A stretch of DNA of 64,000 nucleotides from Dudresnaya verticillata (taxonomy: Eukaryota), in assembly GCA_977862235.1 (NCBI GenBank), contig OZ374564.1, positions 2,480,001 through 2,544,000 on the forward strand. The letters are read 5' to 3'. The position numbers and the translations under genes are program-made. The notes below the pieces were generated by a model. The model saw only the letters and a list, made by a program, of their open reading frames with translations, was not told the origin of the DNA and ran no database searches. Positions 48,210 to 62,365 of this stretch are shown here, one piece after another; the stretch's first letter is position 1; each line of letters opens with the position of its first letter.

Positions 48210-49052
48210 TGTGGTGTAGTGAAAGGAACACCTGTAAGGAGAGCTGATCAGGCAATCCCAATAAGGAGTGATCTCACACGGCACCGGGGTGGTAGAGCTT
48301 AGTTCGTAGACCGAAGGGAGTACCTCGAGCGGCAACACCTGTAAGGAGTAAAGGGACGCAACAGACAAGGGGACGGTACAGTGGCAGGACAGCTACACCG
48401 GGACGGAGGCAAGAGGAATCCGTGCACGGGGCTGGCGAGGGGAAACCGTAAAGGAGTATGAGGGTAAGACTTAGAGTAAGTCATTTTGCCCAGGGTTGCG
48501 TACCCGTTTACTGTAGGACTCGCGGGGGCCACCCAATAATATACTGGGAGATACGCCCCGCGGTCTGGTCCGTGTGGGCCAGACCCCAATGGGTCTAGTC
48601 CACCAGGTGGGTCCGGCCCTACTGGTCCCGGCCACCGTTGCGGACATGCTCGGCATTCTCATTGGCCGGCTAACACTACGTACTGTACAGCATCATTACA
48701 ATTACCTAATTACAAATAAACCAACTACTTGGCTCCTATTGGTGGTGCGCGCAGACACCAGCAGGGCAGACAGTGCGCTACTATGTCGCTGCACTCCCGC
48801 TTCGGCTTTTGGGGCGCGCCTAGCAGAGCGCGGGTTGTCGACGGTCGCACGTCGGCTCGCCCGCCGTCCGCACTCCGAAACGGCCACTTCACCACAGACC
48901 CCCCTCCTTAAATGGCGACACATCCTCGTGCGCCACAGCACGTCTTCTAAAAATCCACTCAGGTGTATCCAACAACGGAGCGAACATCATCAGTGCACTC
49001 CACCTTAGGCAAGTCGACCAACGTGCAAGGCCAACCCGGTGTGCCGCTTGCG

Positions 49053-51655
49053 ATGGCGGGCGGTAACAATGACCGCGCACGGGGCCCCTTCCAACCGACA
49101 CGGCGTACACCTTCTGTGGGATCGGCTCCTGCACCAGAGGCAGAAGAGATATGAGGCGGCGGGCCCGCGGATACCATATCGGGGTTTGTGGCAGCAACGA
49201 GCGCAACACCGACGTTGCCAGCACGTGCGGGTAGCCCTCGGGTGCCGCGAAGGCGCGGTGATGGCGAGGCTCCACAGACGCCCACTCCGCTTCCGGATCT
49301 GCAAATGGAGCCGGAGGCACAACGGCCTGGCCTTTCGAAAAGCAACACCTCGATGGAGTCCCTTGGCTATCGTCGAACAACTCCGCATGGGCGATACGAG
49401 GCGTATGCACAGGGTCTCCAGGTTGGGCAGGTTGGAGGCGGAGTAACCTAACCTCCACTCCACATGGGTGTACGCGGCGTACCGTAGGGTTCACTGCCAT
49501 ACGCGCCGGGGACACCGGGGAGTTACCATGGGCATGTGGACTCGGCGGGTTACACCGATGAGGGAACTTGGCCGGGCCGGGAATATAATCATCGCACCGG
49601 TCGGCGTCAGCGTACCGAAGAGGAGTGCGATGTGGTTTGTCTCCCCATGCCCGTATCGGTGTTCTTTTCCAACTATGGTGGCACCCTCGAGGGACGTCGC
49701 TACAGCTCCGTCACAGAATCCGGTGGGTTGATCAATAAAAAGTGGTTCCCGAATCGGCGTGAGGAGATGTGGAGAGCCAGGTGAATTCACTCGAATTGTA
49801 GAGTGCGAACTCCAACCAGTCGTGACATCATGTGGTTGAGGTGTCAGGAAGAAGAGGGCTATCCCAACAAGGTGTGTCGGTTACTGGCGATGGCCCACTG
49901 ACTGCGAGACCATCCGGTTAGTGTCAACTTCCTGTGATACGAGAAGCCGTACGACCAAGGCGTCCATTGGTTTGGGAATCTGCAACGGTGGGCTGACGAT
50001 GCAGCGAAAGAGCATCGGCTCCGGCTGCGAAGTAGGGATAGGCGCCGCCTCGGCAGGACGATACTACACACCTGTAACACGAACGAGTTTTCCAGGTGCC
50101 GCCGGGTGCGCATCTTCGATTGTACTGCACGGCTCCGGATTGGTGGGCCGAGTACGAAGTCACGCGTTGGCTGTCAGTGCCAACTACGACGGTGGTGGCG
50201 TAATTCTCCAATCGGTTTATCCAGCATCGCGATTGGCAAGCTGCACACCCAGGCGGAGAGAAGTCAGTTGACCATCCGCTGATGACCGTGTTGGGTCGGA
50301 TACTCCGAGCGGAATGGGCAATGTTCGTCCTTTTCTCCTGGTTACAAGTCACCTGCCAGGGCGTGAGAGCCAATACCAAGATGAAAGACTGGAGGGTATA
50401 CCCGCGGAACAGAACGGATCCGGAAGGTGGGGAGTGCGGGCGCATATTCAAGCTACCAGGAACGGTGGTTGCCCTTATACACCGCGTTGGAGTAGTCCGG
50501 TTGATTGAGGGGACCGAATACCCCTTGGCGCGTGTTGAGCGTCTCTTCACGTTCCACGCAAGCACCAACTGGGAGCGAACGCCAGGGTTCCTCGGCTACT
50601 ACTGGGATGAAGACCGCGTGTGGTCGGTGCCATCACTCAACCCCGGATGCGGTATGGCCTATTTCCTATCGGAAGAAGACCCCGAACCGGAGTGGTTGAT
50701 CGACGAACAAATGTCGAGCTGGCACGCGATGCGCTCTCGCTCGACATTCTACCCCATGACGGAGGCGCCATCAAGGGTTCCTCCGTCACGCGAGTGGGGC
50801 ACTCCATCCAGTGTACATCCTCAACAGGGGCGCCTTGACATTCCGTCCACTGACGAGCTTACACCAGTAGGGGTTAACGAGATCAAGACGGTGCACGAGG
50901 ACCCTAAGGTCCTCGTGCCAAGAGAATCCCCTGGTGTAGAAGCCGTCAAGGCGTGGGGCGACCGCACGACCTCGTCGCCCAAGAAGACCGTAACGGAGTC
51001 TCCTCTTGAAGGAGCTGAGATCGAGAAGCAGGGAGGCTCGTCGGGGGTGGCCGCAACGTCCACACCAATCGGGGCCTTGAAACCCGTAGTCTCACCGGGA
51101 ATCAGCAAGAAAACCAACTTGAAAAAACCGGCGGATGCCGTGGCGGTAGTTGGTCCGAAGCCCACGGTAGTAGCTGCAGCAGCGGCTAAGTTGAGTCCCG
51201 TCGGGGAACAAGAAGACTCCGAAGTGGGAGAGGACACTAGACCGGTGGGAACCGACCAGGTGGAGTCATTTGCGACCACACGCCCTGGAATCGCAGTGGA
51301 GACTACTGTACCGAAGCGGAGCGAAGTTGCCAAGGCTGTGTCGCCCGCGGTGAGTGACTCCGTGATGTTCGTAGCCGCTGCGGGTCCAGATGGAGGACCA
51401 CCACGTCATATCGACCCCCTGACAGTGAAGCAGGAGAAGGATACTCCGAAGGAGATGTCGAGTTGGACCGAAGCTGAGTTGCGTGTCGATAGGGCAGCCC
51501 TGCAACGACTCCGCAACGGGTGTAGGGATGCGGGTGTGCCTCTTCCAACGTCGGCGAACGAGGCCATCAACGCCGCAGTGCTGTGGGTAGGGCGTCTGGT
51601 GCGCCTACGACAGAACCATTCGCGCTTTGCGTCGTCGCATAACAGACACCGGTAG
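49053..51655 (+). pseudogene. Antisense accessory ORF of A, copy 2 (open piece 50282-51655)
   Basis: Duplicate of 1847-4449. Confidence 0.75.
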
Positions 51656-52166
51656 GAGACTCACAGTGATCACCGCAAGGGTGTATAGTGAGGATATTCC
51701 CGACTCGGAGGATAGTGCAGCAAAAGAGGAGGATACGGAGGCTGACTTGACGCCACCAGCAAAGCGCCCGCGGAATGCAGTGTAATTGCGTAGTGATGCC
51801 ACTTGTCAATAAAACCTCGTGATTTGTGTGAGTCCCCTTCCACTGGCGGAAGGGAAGTGGAATAACACCAATGTGGGGTAACTCCCCACCATACAAGGTT
51901 TTGCGTCCGACTGGCAATCACCTAATACCAGAAGTGGTTGCGCGCTTGCTAGCGATTCAACGATATGGAGTAGAGCCCCTTGGGCAAGGGTTCTGTGATA
52001 ACAGATTCCGCAGGTCATGCCCTTTTTTGCCGACGCCAAGTCACCAAGAAGGAGTAAAGCCCCTTGGAAAAGGGCTGCGCGACAACGGAGTCCACATATC
52101 ATGCCCGATTTTGCTGAAACCACTACTGCTTGTGCGAGTAGCAAATGGCTATCGATGTGTGGAAGC

Positions 52167-55100
52167 TCAGCGACGTCGGGCCGCAGCGGCTGCCGTGCGC
52201 TTTCTATTCCAATAGCGGTGTATGAAGTTTTGCGGCAACTCCTCAGCAGGTTCATACGTGTCCTGGTCTGATGGGTAGCCGTACCAACGCACCTTGTAGG
52301 TCATGCCGGTGTCTTCTTCGCGGTGTCCCACGATCTGCTCGATGACATACTCCGTGTCGGCATCAATTGTCTCTGGAACGGGGGCAGGAATACCGCCTGG
52401 CGTTTGGGGCGTTACAGTAATACCACCTGGTGTTTGGGGTACTACTGTGGTGCCTCCCGCCTGCTGAGGTACTGCACCGTTCACGTCGGTGTGTGGCGTA
52501 GCCGGCGGAGCCAATAGCGGCACCGGCTGTACGGGAACTCCAATTGGTACCTTAGTGATACGATCGATGCTAATGGGAATCAGCACGCCGTCCTTCTTGA
52601 TAGTGACTACAGTGTCCGTTACGGTGTGCCTCGTAGGAGCCCGTCGATCTTGGGAGGAGTTTCTTCATTTGCTCCACAAATTCACCGACGTGGTCAGGGC
52701 CTTGACCCAATCGGTCACGTTCCTTCCGTTCGGTGGGTCGTAGATTACGCGGCGGGCGATCTACGTAGACTTGATCGCCACCGCGAACCACCGGTCGTCG
52801 GCACCTTACGGTCGAAAAGGGCCTTAGACTTCAACTGGGCTGTAGTCTGCTTGATCTGCGCCTTCTGTAGGGCATAGCGCAAACTCCGTATGGTTCCCCG
52901 CTTTTGGAGCACGGGCGTCATACACCCCTCTGTAACGGTTTCTTCCAACTCCACAGGGGTGCCACGAACAATAATATCCGATGGGTTTCGAGTTAGCACA
53001 AGTCAAACGGAGTTGTATCCGTAACCCGGTGTACCTGCATATTGTAAGAGTGGGTCAACGGCTGTAGGTATAGATCCCAATCGGTGTGGTGATCCTCGAC
53101 GTAGTGTCGAGGGCGCTGCGCAATGGTTTTGTTAAATTGCTCGGCTTGCCCGTTGGGTTGCGGGTGGTAGGCAGCGGTCAGCAAATGCCGCACTCCGAGT
53201 AGGGCATAGACAGCGTCGAAGAACTTCGCCGTAAACTGTCTTCCATTGTCGGTGAGTACAAATTTAGGTGCGCCATACGCATACACCTAATGGTCCAAAA
53301 ATGCATTCGCCACCAGGACGGCTGTAATCGTCCGCAACGGGATGCACCGTGTTAGTTTAGAAAACCGATCGGTGATGACCAGTACAAAGACGTATCCCCG
53401 TTTCGTTTTCGGCAGCGGGCCCAGTATATCCGTACCGACAATCTCCACTGGGCCACTCGCGGGAAATAGCTTCATGAACTTCTGATGCTTAAACCGCGTG
53501 CCCTTAGTTTTGACACATGAGCGGCAACTCCGAACGGTCTCGAATAAATCGTTAACCATATGTGGCCAGTAGTAGTCTCTCCGTAAGGTTTAGTACATAT
53601 TAATTCCACCAGGGTGTCCAGACATGAGGGTATAGTGGACAAGATACAAGACCCTGTCACGCATCTGTTGCGGTACCACCTTTTGGAGTGCACCGTCGAG
53701 GGCAGACTTGCGAACAAGAACCCCATGTCGGTCGTAGTCGAATTGCGATCCAGGGGATCCCACCGATTCCGCTTTAAGCTTGCAGAAGGTATCCGTTGCT
53801 TGCGCGGCTATGAACTTCTCACGGGTAAGGGTCTCATTTCGCATATCCTCTTGTTGTATGACCGTTTCCCGGAGTGGAGTGGGTGGTACTGTATCCTTTT
53901 CAGGCGTAGAATCCGTTTCGTTGTTTCCACTTTCAACGCCTAGGACAAGGCTGCTCGAGGCATCAGGCTGCTGGGACTGTTTCCAATTGGTTAGTTGCAC
54001 GCCATGTTGCACTACCCCATTAGGAGTCGATTCCATAACGAAGCAAGGCACTTCCTCATCCAACTAAGCTTTGTCAGCACCACTGTTCGGAGTGTTAACA
54101 TACTGTCTGCGCGTTGGTGCTTGATACCAGGGCGGTATTGTACTTCGAACTCAAATTCCGATAGGCGTAGGCGCCATCTTGCTAAGCGTTCAGACGCATC
54201 GGCTAAACTCAATATCCAGCGTAATGCGTCGTGATCCGTACGGAGCACAAAACTTTCGCCGTAAAGGTAAGGGCGTAGCGTTAGCATATTCCAAACGACA
54301 GCAAGGCACTCCTTTTCAGTGGTTGTGTAATTCTTCTCCGTATCGGTTAGACTTCGGCTCCAGTAACCCACTGGTAGATTATTTCCACTAGGTTACTCCT
54401 CGAGAAGGATACACTCAACTTGGTAGTCACAAGCGTCGGTATCCAGCGTATAATTGAAACCATGACGGGTTAAAGCCAATATGGGAGGGGAGACTAGGTG
54501 TCTCTTTAACTCCTCAAAGGCGTTAAACTCCGTTTCGGTGAGAGTTCCAAACTCGAATACCAGACCCTTACCGGTTTTCTTATTGAGTGGCGAAGCAATA
54601 CGTGCAAAATTGGGAACGAAGCATCGATGTACGTTAAATAATCCTAGAAAAGAGCGCAACTCCGTTTGGTTTGTAGGTGGCTTAGCCTCCTTGACGGCGA
54701 GAATATTCTTTCGCTCCACTTCCAGCTGGCCCGGGCGCACTGTGTGGCCCAGATAATGTATGGAAGTGTCGAAGAAGGCACACTTTGATAATTTCAGAGT
54801 TACACCTGCGGAACAGAGTAGCGTGAGGACCTCCTTAAGGTGTTCGAAGTGCTTCGTAACGGTGTTTGAATATACAATCACATCATGCAGGTAGACTAAG
54901 GCAAATTGCCATTTCACCGTAGATAGGATGATGTCAACCGCCCGTTGGAAAGTAGCGGGTGCATTCTTTAGCCCGAAAGGCATTCTCCGGAAGCAGTATA
55001 ATCCATAATGACTGGTGAAGGTAGTTTTGTCACGCTCCTCCTCGCGGATTTCTACTTGCCAGTAGCCGCTATTACAATCCAGAGTGGTGAATACTGTAGC

Positions 55101-56256
55101 TTCTCCAAGGGAGTCGATACATTCATCCACCCGGGGTAAAGGGTATGAATCCCGAACGGTGACAGCGTTAAGACGCCTGTAATCGACACAAAACCGCATG
55201 GAGCCGTCCTTTTCAGGAACGAAGACCACAGGGCTGGCCTACTACGAAGCGGATGGCTCGATCACCTTAGCGGACAACATACGATCCACTTCTGCCTTCT
55301 CCAGCTCGCGCTGTTTATGTCCTGCCCGATATGGTGCTTGATACACCGGTTTGGCACCAGGCATTAATTCAATACGGTGTTTCGCGGCAGTTATATTTCC
55401 TAACTTGCTGCTCTCATTAGGAGGAGTAGGAAAGGAATTAATATGTCCTCCCCCCTTAAATGGAGGTACACCGTTAACGGTGAGTATGGCAGAGGGAGCA
55501 GCAGTAGCGATGCCCACGACGGTAGACTTGGGTAACCGCACCGGTTTGGGGGAGAAATTAGTCAGCCACACCGTGAAGGGTTTGTTAGGGATTATATCCA
55601 TAACCCCGTTAGCCATAAGGGTGAGGTGCTTATAGATGGGTTTGGGATGTTTTTGAAGAAAACACAAACCACCGGTAGGAGTGGTGACCAATGCAAGGGA
55701 TTGGGGCATAGGGGGGATAATAAGGGATTTTGCTAGGCGGATCTTTCGCGATACGAAGCGGATGACACAGGGGGGCCCTGAAGGGTAGAAGCAGCCACTG
55801 TTTTGGATTGTCGGGTTTGTCCCAGTCGGGTTTGTCCCATCAACGAAACCAGGGAGTGGTGATGAAAAACAACTTTCCGTGCCGGTGGGAGGATCGCCTT
55901 GAAATGGAGATTAATAAAACTGGTTCCCAGAATACACGGAGCAGCGAGGATCGCGACCACCAGGAAGTGGACTCGAGTACGCAATTCTCCGATACGGACA
56001 AAAAGTTGAATGACACCAAGCGGGCATATCGACCTATTGGACGCATCCCGTAAAGGTGGACTGGCAGCTGGGCGAATCAAAGATAACCAGTGGCGTGGAA
56101 GCCGTCTGGCGTTGATGAGATTTGGCCCAGCACCAGAATCTAATACGGTGAATGAGAGGTAACATGAGGTCATTACCCCTTCCCACGGTAATCTGGATTT
56201 TATAATTATGTCGTTGTAGAACACAAACAGAATCACCGGGTGGTGGAAATTCAAGG
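52167..56256 (-). pseudogene. pol of A copy 2 (PR-RT-RH-IN-chromodomain), fragmented
   Basis: Same motifs as 4961-9050. Confidence 0.95.
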
Positions 56257-58976
56257 GGGATTTCTGGAACAAAATCAGGGGGTACTCCGCAATAGCGGCG
56301 GACTGACAGTCCGGCAAAGCCCGTATTGATGGGCATACCACGTCGCATTGAGGAGACGGGGACGCCCTTACACGTCTCCTGCGACGTTTTCCGCGTCGGG
56401 TGTGCCATGAGAGCCTCCTCCAATATATCAGCTGGGGGCTCGCCAACCGCACCACCATCCACAGTCAGCACCCGCGCTGGGCGTCGCTGGTAGTTACCCG
56501 GCGGCCGATTTCCCGTATTGGAGTTTGCGAATGCCTGCCGCTCGAGGAGGATCGCCTGATTGTTGCGCTCGCGCTCTTCCATCCAGGGACCCCTTTCGGT
56601 GTCGCTCAGATACGGACAAATGACATGGTCCGGTGAGAGGTACAAGCGACAGTACCCGCTCCCATAGAGGCGTCTGACATCCGGCGAGGTGTGATCCGTG
56701 GGCCCTGTGGCAGGGGATTGTTTTCCAAGACGCTGTTCGACCTGACCTTAACGAGGACGCGTGTTGCCGTGGGGGTGCCCCATGTGGCCGGGATGCTGTC
56801 TGGAGCTTCCTTAACGGTGTATGACGGGACCGTGGAAGTTGTCAGCCGGTCCGTAGCGGGGTTGCCGGGGTTGTGGCATCCGTGCCGCTGGTGGGCGAAG
56901 GTTCGGAGTCCGAGGCGGAGTAGAGCAGACACTACTCGGTGGGGAAGAGTACGCTGTAGTAAACTTAACCCTCGACGAGGTACTGGTGCTTCGACCCGCG
57001 CCACCTTCCAGAGCGAGCACGTGCTCCTCAGATTCAGCGGGACACTCCGAGTAGGTGTACTCCGATGGCGAACCAATCGAAAGAACGACAGAACGTCGTG
57101 ACGTCTTCGGTTTTCCGTCGAAGACGTGCACCGCTGAGGTTTGGCGTCTGGTTGCCCGATGGGATTCTCCAAGCCCTTTACCGTAGCGGATTATGGCTTG
57201 GTAGGCCATATGGGGGGGTGTTGCCAGATAAGCAAGCATCTGCTGACACGTTCCCGGTAAAAGTCCTTCCACAAACAGCGACTTGAGGGACCTGCCGGAG
57301 AATACTGTTCCGCATCGGAGTGCCTTAGTCCAGAGTTGGTTGGAGAATTGCTCTTCCGTTAAGGCCGACGTTTGTAGAAACGACGTGCCGTCCGAATACC
57401 CTTCGGCAATCACTTCATCGGTAGCAGAAATCCGTAGCAAAAAGTTCACCACTTCGGTATTGGTGCGAAGCATCTCTACTTGCTCCTCGTCGACCGCCAT
57501 TGTGGCACCAGCGAGACGGGCCTGAAGCAAAGCTTCAGCCTGTCCACTTAAGAAAAACTGGAAACACCACAGTGCGGTTCCTTCCGAAATGGAGTTCATG
57601 TTACACGCATCCTTGAACTTCGCGAGAAATCCAAGGACGGTGATGGGGCCCGTACCGTTAAAGGAGTGGGACTTCATTTGTACCTCCAGCTTTTTGCGGA
57701 TGCGTCCCATATTCTGGGACAAGCTAGAGCTGTAGTATGAACTCCTTTTCTCCAGCCGGTATGTTCTTAAATCTAGCGCCTTCACGAACCTGTCGTTCAG
57801 GGGCCGGATTACCTTTGGGAGTGGCCTGTCGACCTCTCGTTGTTTGGCGTCGTGTTTTCTGGCCCGAAGCCGCTCGTCCCTATCCGTATCGGAGTAGCTC
57901 GTATCAGAGCCGGATTAATGGGAGGAGTCATGCCCTCTTCGGCGCCTATGGCGCTACTTGCGCTTATTCTTCTTCCTATTGCGGTGTTCGCTATCATCAG
58001 ATTCCGTACCGGAGTCTTCTTTGTCCCGTTGCGAAGCGCGTTTGCTCCCTTGCGAACGGTCACGTTCCTTATCGGAGTGGGAGTCCTTGGCCTTTCTGTC
58101 AGCTCTGTCTCTACCACTCCGGTCTTGATTTTTCTTGGAGTCACCATCGGAGTGCTCACTGCCTCTACGTGAAGCCACCGGCATGGTGATACGTTCCCCC
58201 GCAGGCACTTCTGCGGTTCCAGGGATCGTACTACAATTCGGATGGGGTTGGTGTGTTGGATCCAGTTCGGTGTATTGAGTTTCGGTATGTAACCCAGGGG
58301 CTGCCGCTGTCCTTACCGGATCGGACAGAAACACCTGAGTGGGGATTTCTGGCATATATGTCGTTTCTCCCTTGACCGGGAAGTTATTCAGTATCGGTGT
58401 AGGTCCAGAAAAGGGCTGCCCCTTGGGTCCAGGTAGGGGTTGTCCAGCGGTGAGCATCTGCTCGTTCTCAGACGCTTGACGCTCCTGACGGATGAGCGTC
58501 TGCACCAACTCCGGAAGGCGTTTCTCCAGATAGGAGCTAACGATAACCGGCACGGTGTCGGCAACCGTGGTCTCAACCTCCTTGACCATGTTGGCTTGCA
58601 CCTCTATACGGAGATGCTTCAACATCCGTGGGATGACTTTGGAAAGTATCCAATGGACACGATGGGAGTCACCTGGCTTGGAGGCACCCTTGCGGGACGT
58701 ATCTGAACCAGGTCGGGACCTAGAGAGCTTACTGGCTACACCTTTAAGGAGTTCTTCGGGGTTGAACCCCACCTGAACCCCGGTATGGAGAACTTCTCCA
58801 TACCGGGGTTCAGGTCAGCAGCATCGCCACGGCGTGTTATCGTGGCTGAGGCTACTTCCGGTTCGGTGGGCCCACTGCGGCGTGTTGTCGCAATAGAGGG
58901 CACCTCCAGGACGGTTTTATCGTCACCGCGGCGTGGTCTCGCGGTTGAAGGGCACCTCACCTTGATCCGATAAGGA
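56256..58976 (-). pseudogene. gag of A copy 2
   Basis: Duplicate of 9050-11770. Confidence 0.8.
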
Positions 58977-60410
58977 AGGGTCCATATGTTCTTCTGTTCT
59001 TAGGATACCAAAACGGTCTCATCGATTGTTTCACCTTGTCCTGCCTTTACACCAATACGGAGTTGTCACAAAACGGATCTCCTACCGAAGCGGAGTCCAA
59101 CGGAGATTCTTCTACCTTGACGGTCTTCTAGTTCGGGAAACCAGAAAGATGTGGTGTAGTGAAAGGCGCACCTGTAAGGAGAGCTGATCAGGCAATCCCA
59201 ATAAGGAGTGATCTCACACGGCACCGGGGTGGTAGAGCTTAGTTCGTAGACCGAAGGGAATACCTCGAGCGGCAACACTTGTAGGGAGTAAAGGGACGCA
59301 ACAGAAAAGGGGAACGGTACAGTGGCAGGACAGCTACACCGGGACGGAGGTAAGAGGAATCCGTGCACTGGGCTGGCGAGGGCAAACCGCAAAGGAGTAT
59401 GAGTGTAAGGCTTAGGGTAAGTCACTTTGCCCAGGGTTGCGTACCCGGTTACTGTAGGACTCGCGGGGGCCATCCAATAATATACTGGGAGATACGCCCC
59501 GCGGTCCGGTCCGTGTGGGCCAGACCCCAATGGGTCTGGTCCACCAGGTGGGTCCGGCCCTACTGATCCCGGTCACCGTTGTGGACATACTCGGCATTCT
59601 CATTGGACACTACGTACTGTACAGCATCATTGCAATTAACTAATTAAAAATAAATCAACTACTTGGCTCCTATTGGTGGTGCGCGCAGACTCCAGCAGGG
59701 CATACAGTGCTACTGTGTCGCTGCACTCCCGCTTCGGCTTTTGGCGCGCGCCTAGCAGAGCGCGGGTTGTCGGCGGTCGCGCGTCGGCTCGCCCCCGTCC
59801 GCACTCCGAAACGGCCACTTCACCACACCTAAAACCACGGGTCTTGCATACTCCGAAAGGGCGGGTCCAATAACGCCTTCCCGGAGAATATTCTCCACTT
59901 CTTCTTGTTCCGCCTGTCTGGCCTTTGGACCGGGGCGGTACGGTTGAGTAAATACGGGTGTTGACCCTTCCTTGAGTTCTATACGGTGTTCTGTCACCTT
60001 GATTGTTCCGAGTTGACCACTCCACACAGGGGCGAGTGGCTTAAGCATCTTCTGAACGCGGTTTTGATTCTCGACCTGTAGTTGTGTTAAGTCCAAATCG
60101 TCGATCGTTATCGCTTTTACAGCTTCCGTCACGCCGGGCGTCGGTGACGACTGTTGTATTGCAGCAGCAAGCCCTGCCCCCCCACATTGGAGAATGACTC
60201 GGAAGGTGAGGCCGTGTCGGGCGCAAGAGAAGGGGCGTTCCCAAAACACAAGCCGTACACCGGCGTGCTAGAAGGCGCGGATATCGCGCGACCAGGGCGT
60301 TGGAGTTTGGTCAGCTGTTGGGGGTTCCGCGAAAAATTCGCAACCTGGACATGGAACAGGCGGTTCGGTGTGATCTCGGCGATGCCGTTGGACAGAACGA
60401 CTCCTTGTGT

Positions 60411-60582
60411 TCTCCCCATAGTAATGATTAGTCAGTGTACGAGGCCCCTCAAGGGCTTCGTACACGTAAAAATTTGTAAAAAAAAACATCCGCCCGCCAT
60501 TACCATCCCTTGCCGCCAAACCTATTTCTACGCACGCCTAAAAATATTACCAGTTCACACTTTTCCGCCCAATAGAAAAATT

Positions 60583-60618
<36 letters not shown>

Positions 60619-60681
60619 CAGCAGCATCAGCAGCATCAGCAGCAGCAGCATCAGCAGCAGCAGCAGCAGCAGCAGCAGCAT

Positions 60682-60713
<32 letters not shown>

Positions 60714-61316
60714 AAGCTGCAACCCCATTGGCTGACCGCCAAGCCGCGCCACCCGATTGGCTGCATTTTGCCGCAACGCGCGCCCATTGGTGCGCTCCGA
60801 TTTTCTGACAGTAAATTGACAGACGCGCCGCCGCGCTACAGTGACCCGATCTTACAGTCCCGCCGTGCGCCTGCATTCTTAATTTATGTGATTAAAACCA
60901 CACCGGTCTCACGGCTTGGAAACAAATATCATTACAAAGAAATTGTAAGACACCTGTCGTTATCAAGCGACCCCAACCTACCCCGGTATCCCACAGTATC
61001 CCATCCTGCCACAGAGGTTACAAAACTCGTTCGCGCCTTCGGCGCGGCTGCACGGCGCATAGCGGCGTACAGCGCCGCGTCGTTGCCCTTGCGCGGTACA
61101 TAGCGGCGCGCAGCGCCGCGCCGTTGCCCTTGTTTACCTTATAGTAAGAATTTGTAGGGGTATGACCGCCCAAAGGGTAGTATTAGCCCGGCCAGGTCTC
61201 GAAAAATAAACAAAATTCTATATCGATGCGCCAACAAATCCACTTGGCGCCACAATAGTTTCTACGCATCCGAAATTATATCTAAAATACACGGCCGCAG
61301 CGCCAATGAAAAAAAT

Positions 61317-61349
<33 letters not shown>

Positions 61350-61583
61350 AGCTTACCATTGATTGGCGGGATGGTGCTCCTTACAGCCGACACCTTTGCT
61401 GTGCGCCTGATTTCTTAATTTGGTTATTTACTTTTACTTTTGTGCGCGCGCGACCGCCGTTACACCCTTCGCCTGCCTTCGGCGGGGGGACTATCATACA
61501 GTACCAGCACTCAGTGCCGTCCCGCGCCGAAGGCGCGGTCTAGCGGCGCGCAGCGCCGCCCCCGCCGAAGGCGGTGCAACTTG
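60411..61583 (+). mobile_element. Two head-to-tail non-autonomous Helitron-like elements (60411-61132, 61133-61583)
   Basis: The insert splits B pol (PLYKT|QGVVL). It has a 5' TC, and each unit ends in a GC hairpin followed by CTTG-T. The units share internal blocks and CAG tracts. Confidence 0.6.
60583..60708 (+). repeat. (CAG/CAT)n microsatellite
   Basis: About 42 triplets; a second (CAG)n tract lies at 61317-61347. Confidence 0.97.
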
Positions 61584-62170
61584 TCTTGTATAAAGGTTGG
61601 AAGGCATCCATGAAGTGGGTGCCCTGTGCTGGGCATGTAACCGCAACCCAGGTTTCCGATTCCGGAGGTAGTAGAATAGCGTGAGCGACGCGGATATGCC
61701 GCTGCACGGGGCGAGGAGGTATCTCCGTAGGTTCGGTTGGTCTGTAGAGACGGAGTGGTCCACATTGGCGTCGTAGAATGGGGTGTTCAGACCCATCATG
61801 GAGTATCACCGTTTGGTTGCGCACGCGCAGCGTGTCGACGTGATTATCGATAAAGGTATATCCGAGAATCATTTCGACCACTAGCGCGTGTGCAACAACA
61901 AATGGTTGACGTACCGTGTAATTTACAATCCGGACCAGGAGGGAGATACTTCCGAGGATAGTTAATTTGTGCCGGCTGGCCGACACTAAATTACAGATTG
62001 GTCGTGAAGTCGAGACCTTCTTCAATTCTTCCTTCGACAGGACATCAGCTCTTAGAAGGTTGGGACCCGCTCCAGAATCCAGTACGGACAATACCAGAGT
62101 GATCTTTTCAGTTGACGTCCCGACGGAGGCAGCCACATTATAATTGTAGCCTGAAAACGCGCATACGTGA
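61584..62170 (-). pseudogene. Aspartic protease of B
   Basis: VLDSGAGPNLL and MILGYTFID motifs. Confidence 0.9.
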
Positions 62171-62365
62171 TTCCTTCAATACTCTTCGAACGTACGCCCT
62201 GGAGGGAGGACCATCGGGCGAGCTAATACCTTCTTGGGTAGAACAAGAGGCGTCTCGACCTCAGACCGTTCCGATGAACCGGGAGTTGGCAACTCGCCCA
62301 GCGGGTTTCTACCCTCAGTTTTCGGCTGATCGGGGGGCTCCGGGGTGGAATCCCAGTCCCCCTAG

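Larger units (their letters stand above)
48210..59827 (-). mobile_element. Gypsy chromodomain element A, copy 2 (LTRs 48210-48896 and 59150-59827)
   Basis: Same LTRs, PPT (48899-48909), PBS (59131-59143) and disabling mutations as copy 1. Confidence 0.95.
47207..60035 (+). repeat. Segmental duplication copy 2
   Basis: Near-identical to 1-12829. Confidence 0.97.

Noticed and set aside
60154..60876. PolyQ, polyA and polyL ORFs
   Set aside because: By-products of a CAG microsatellite inside a non-coding insertion.
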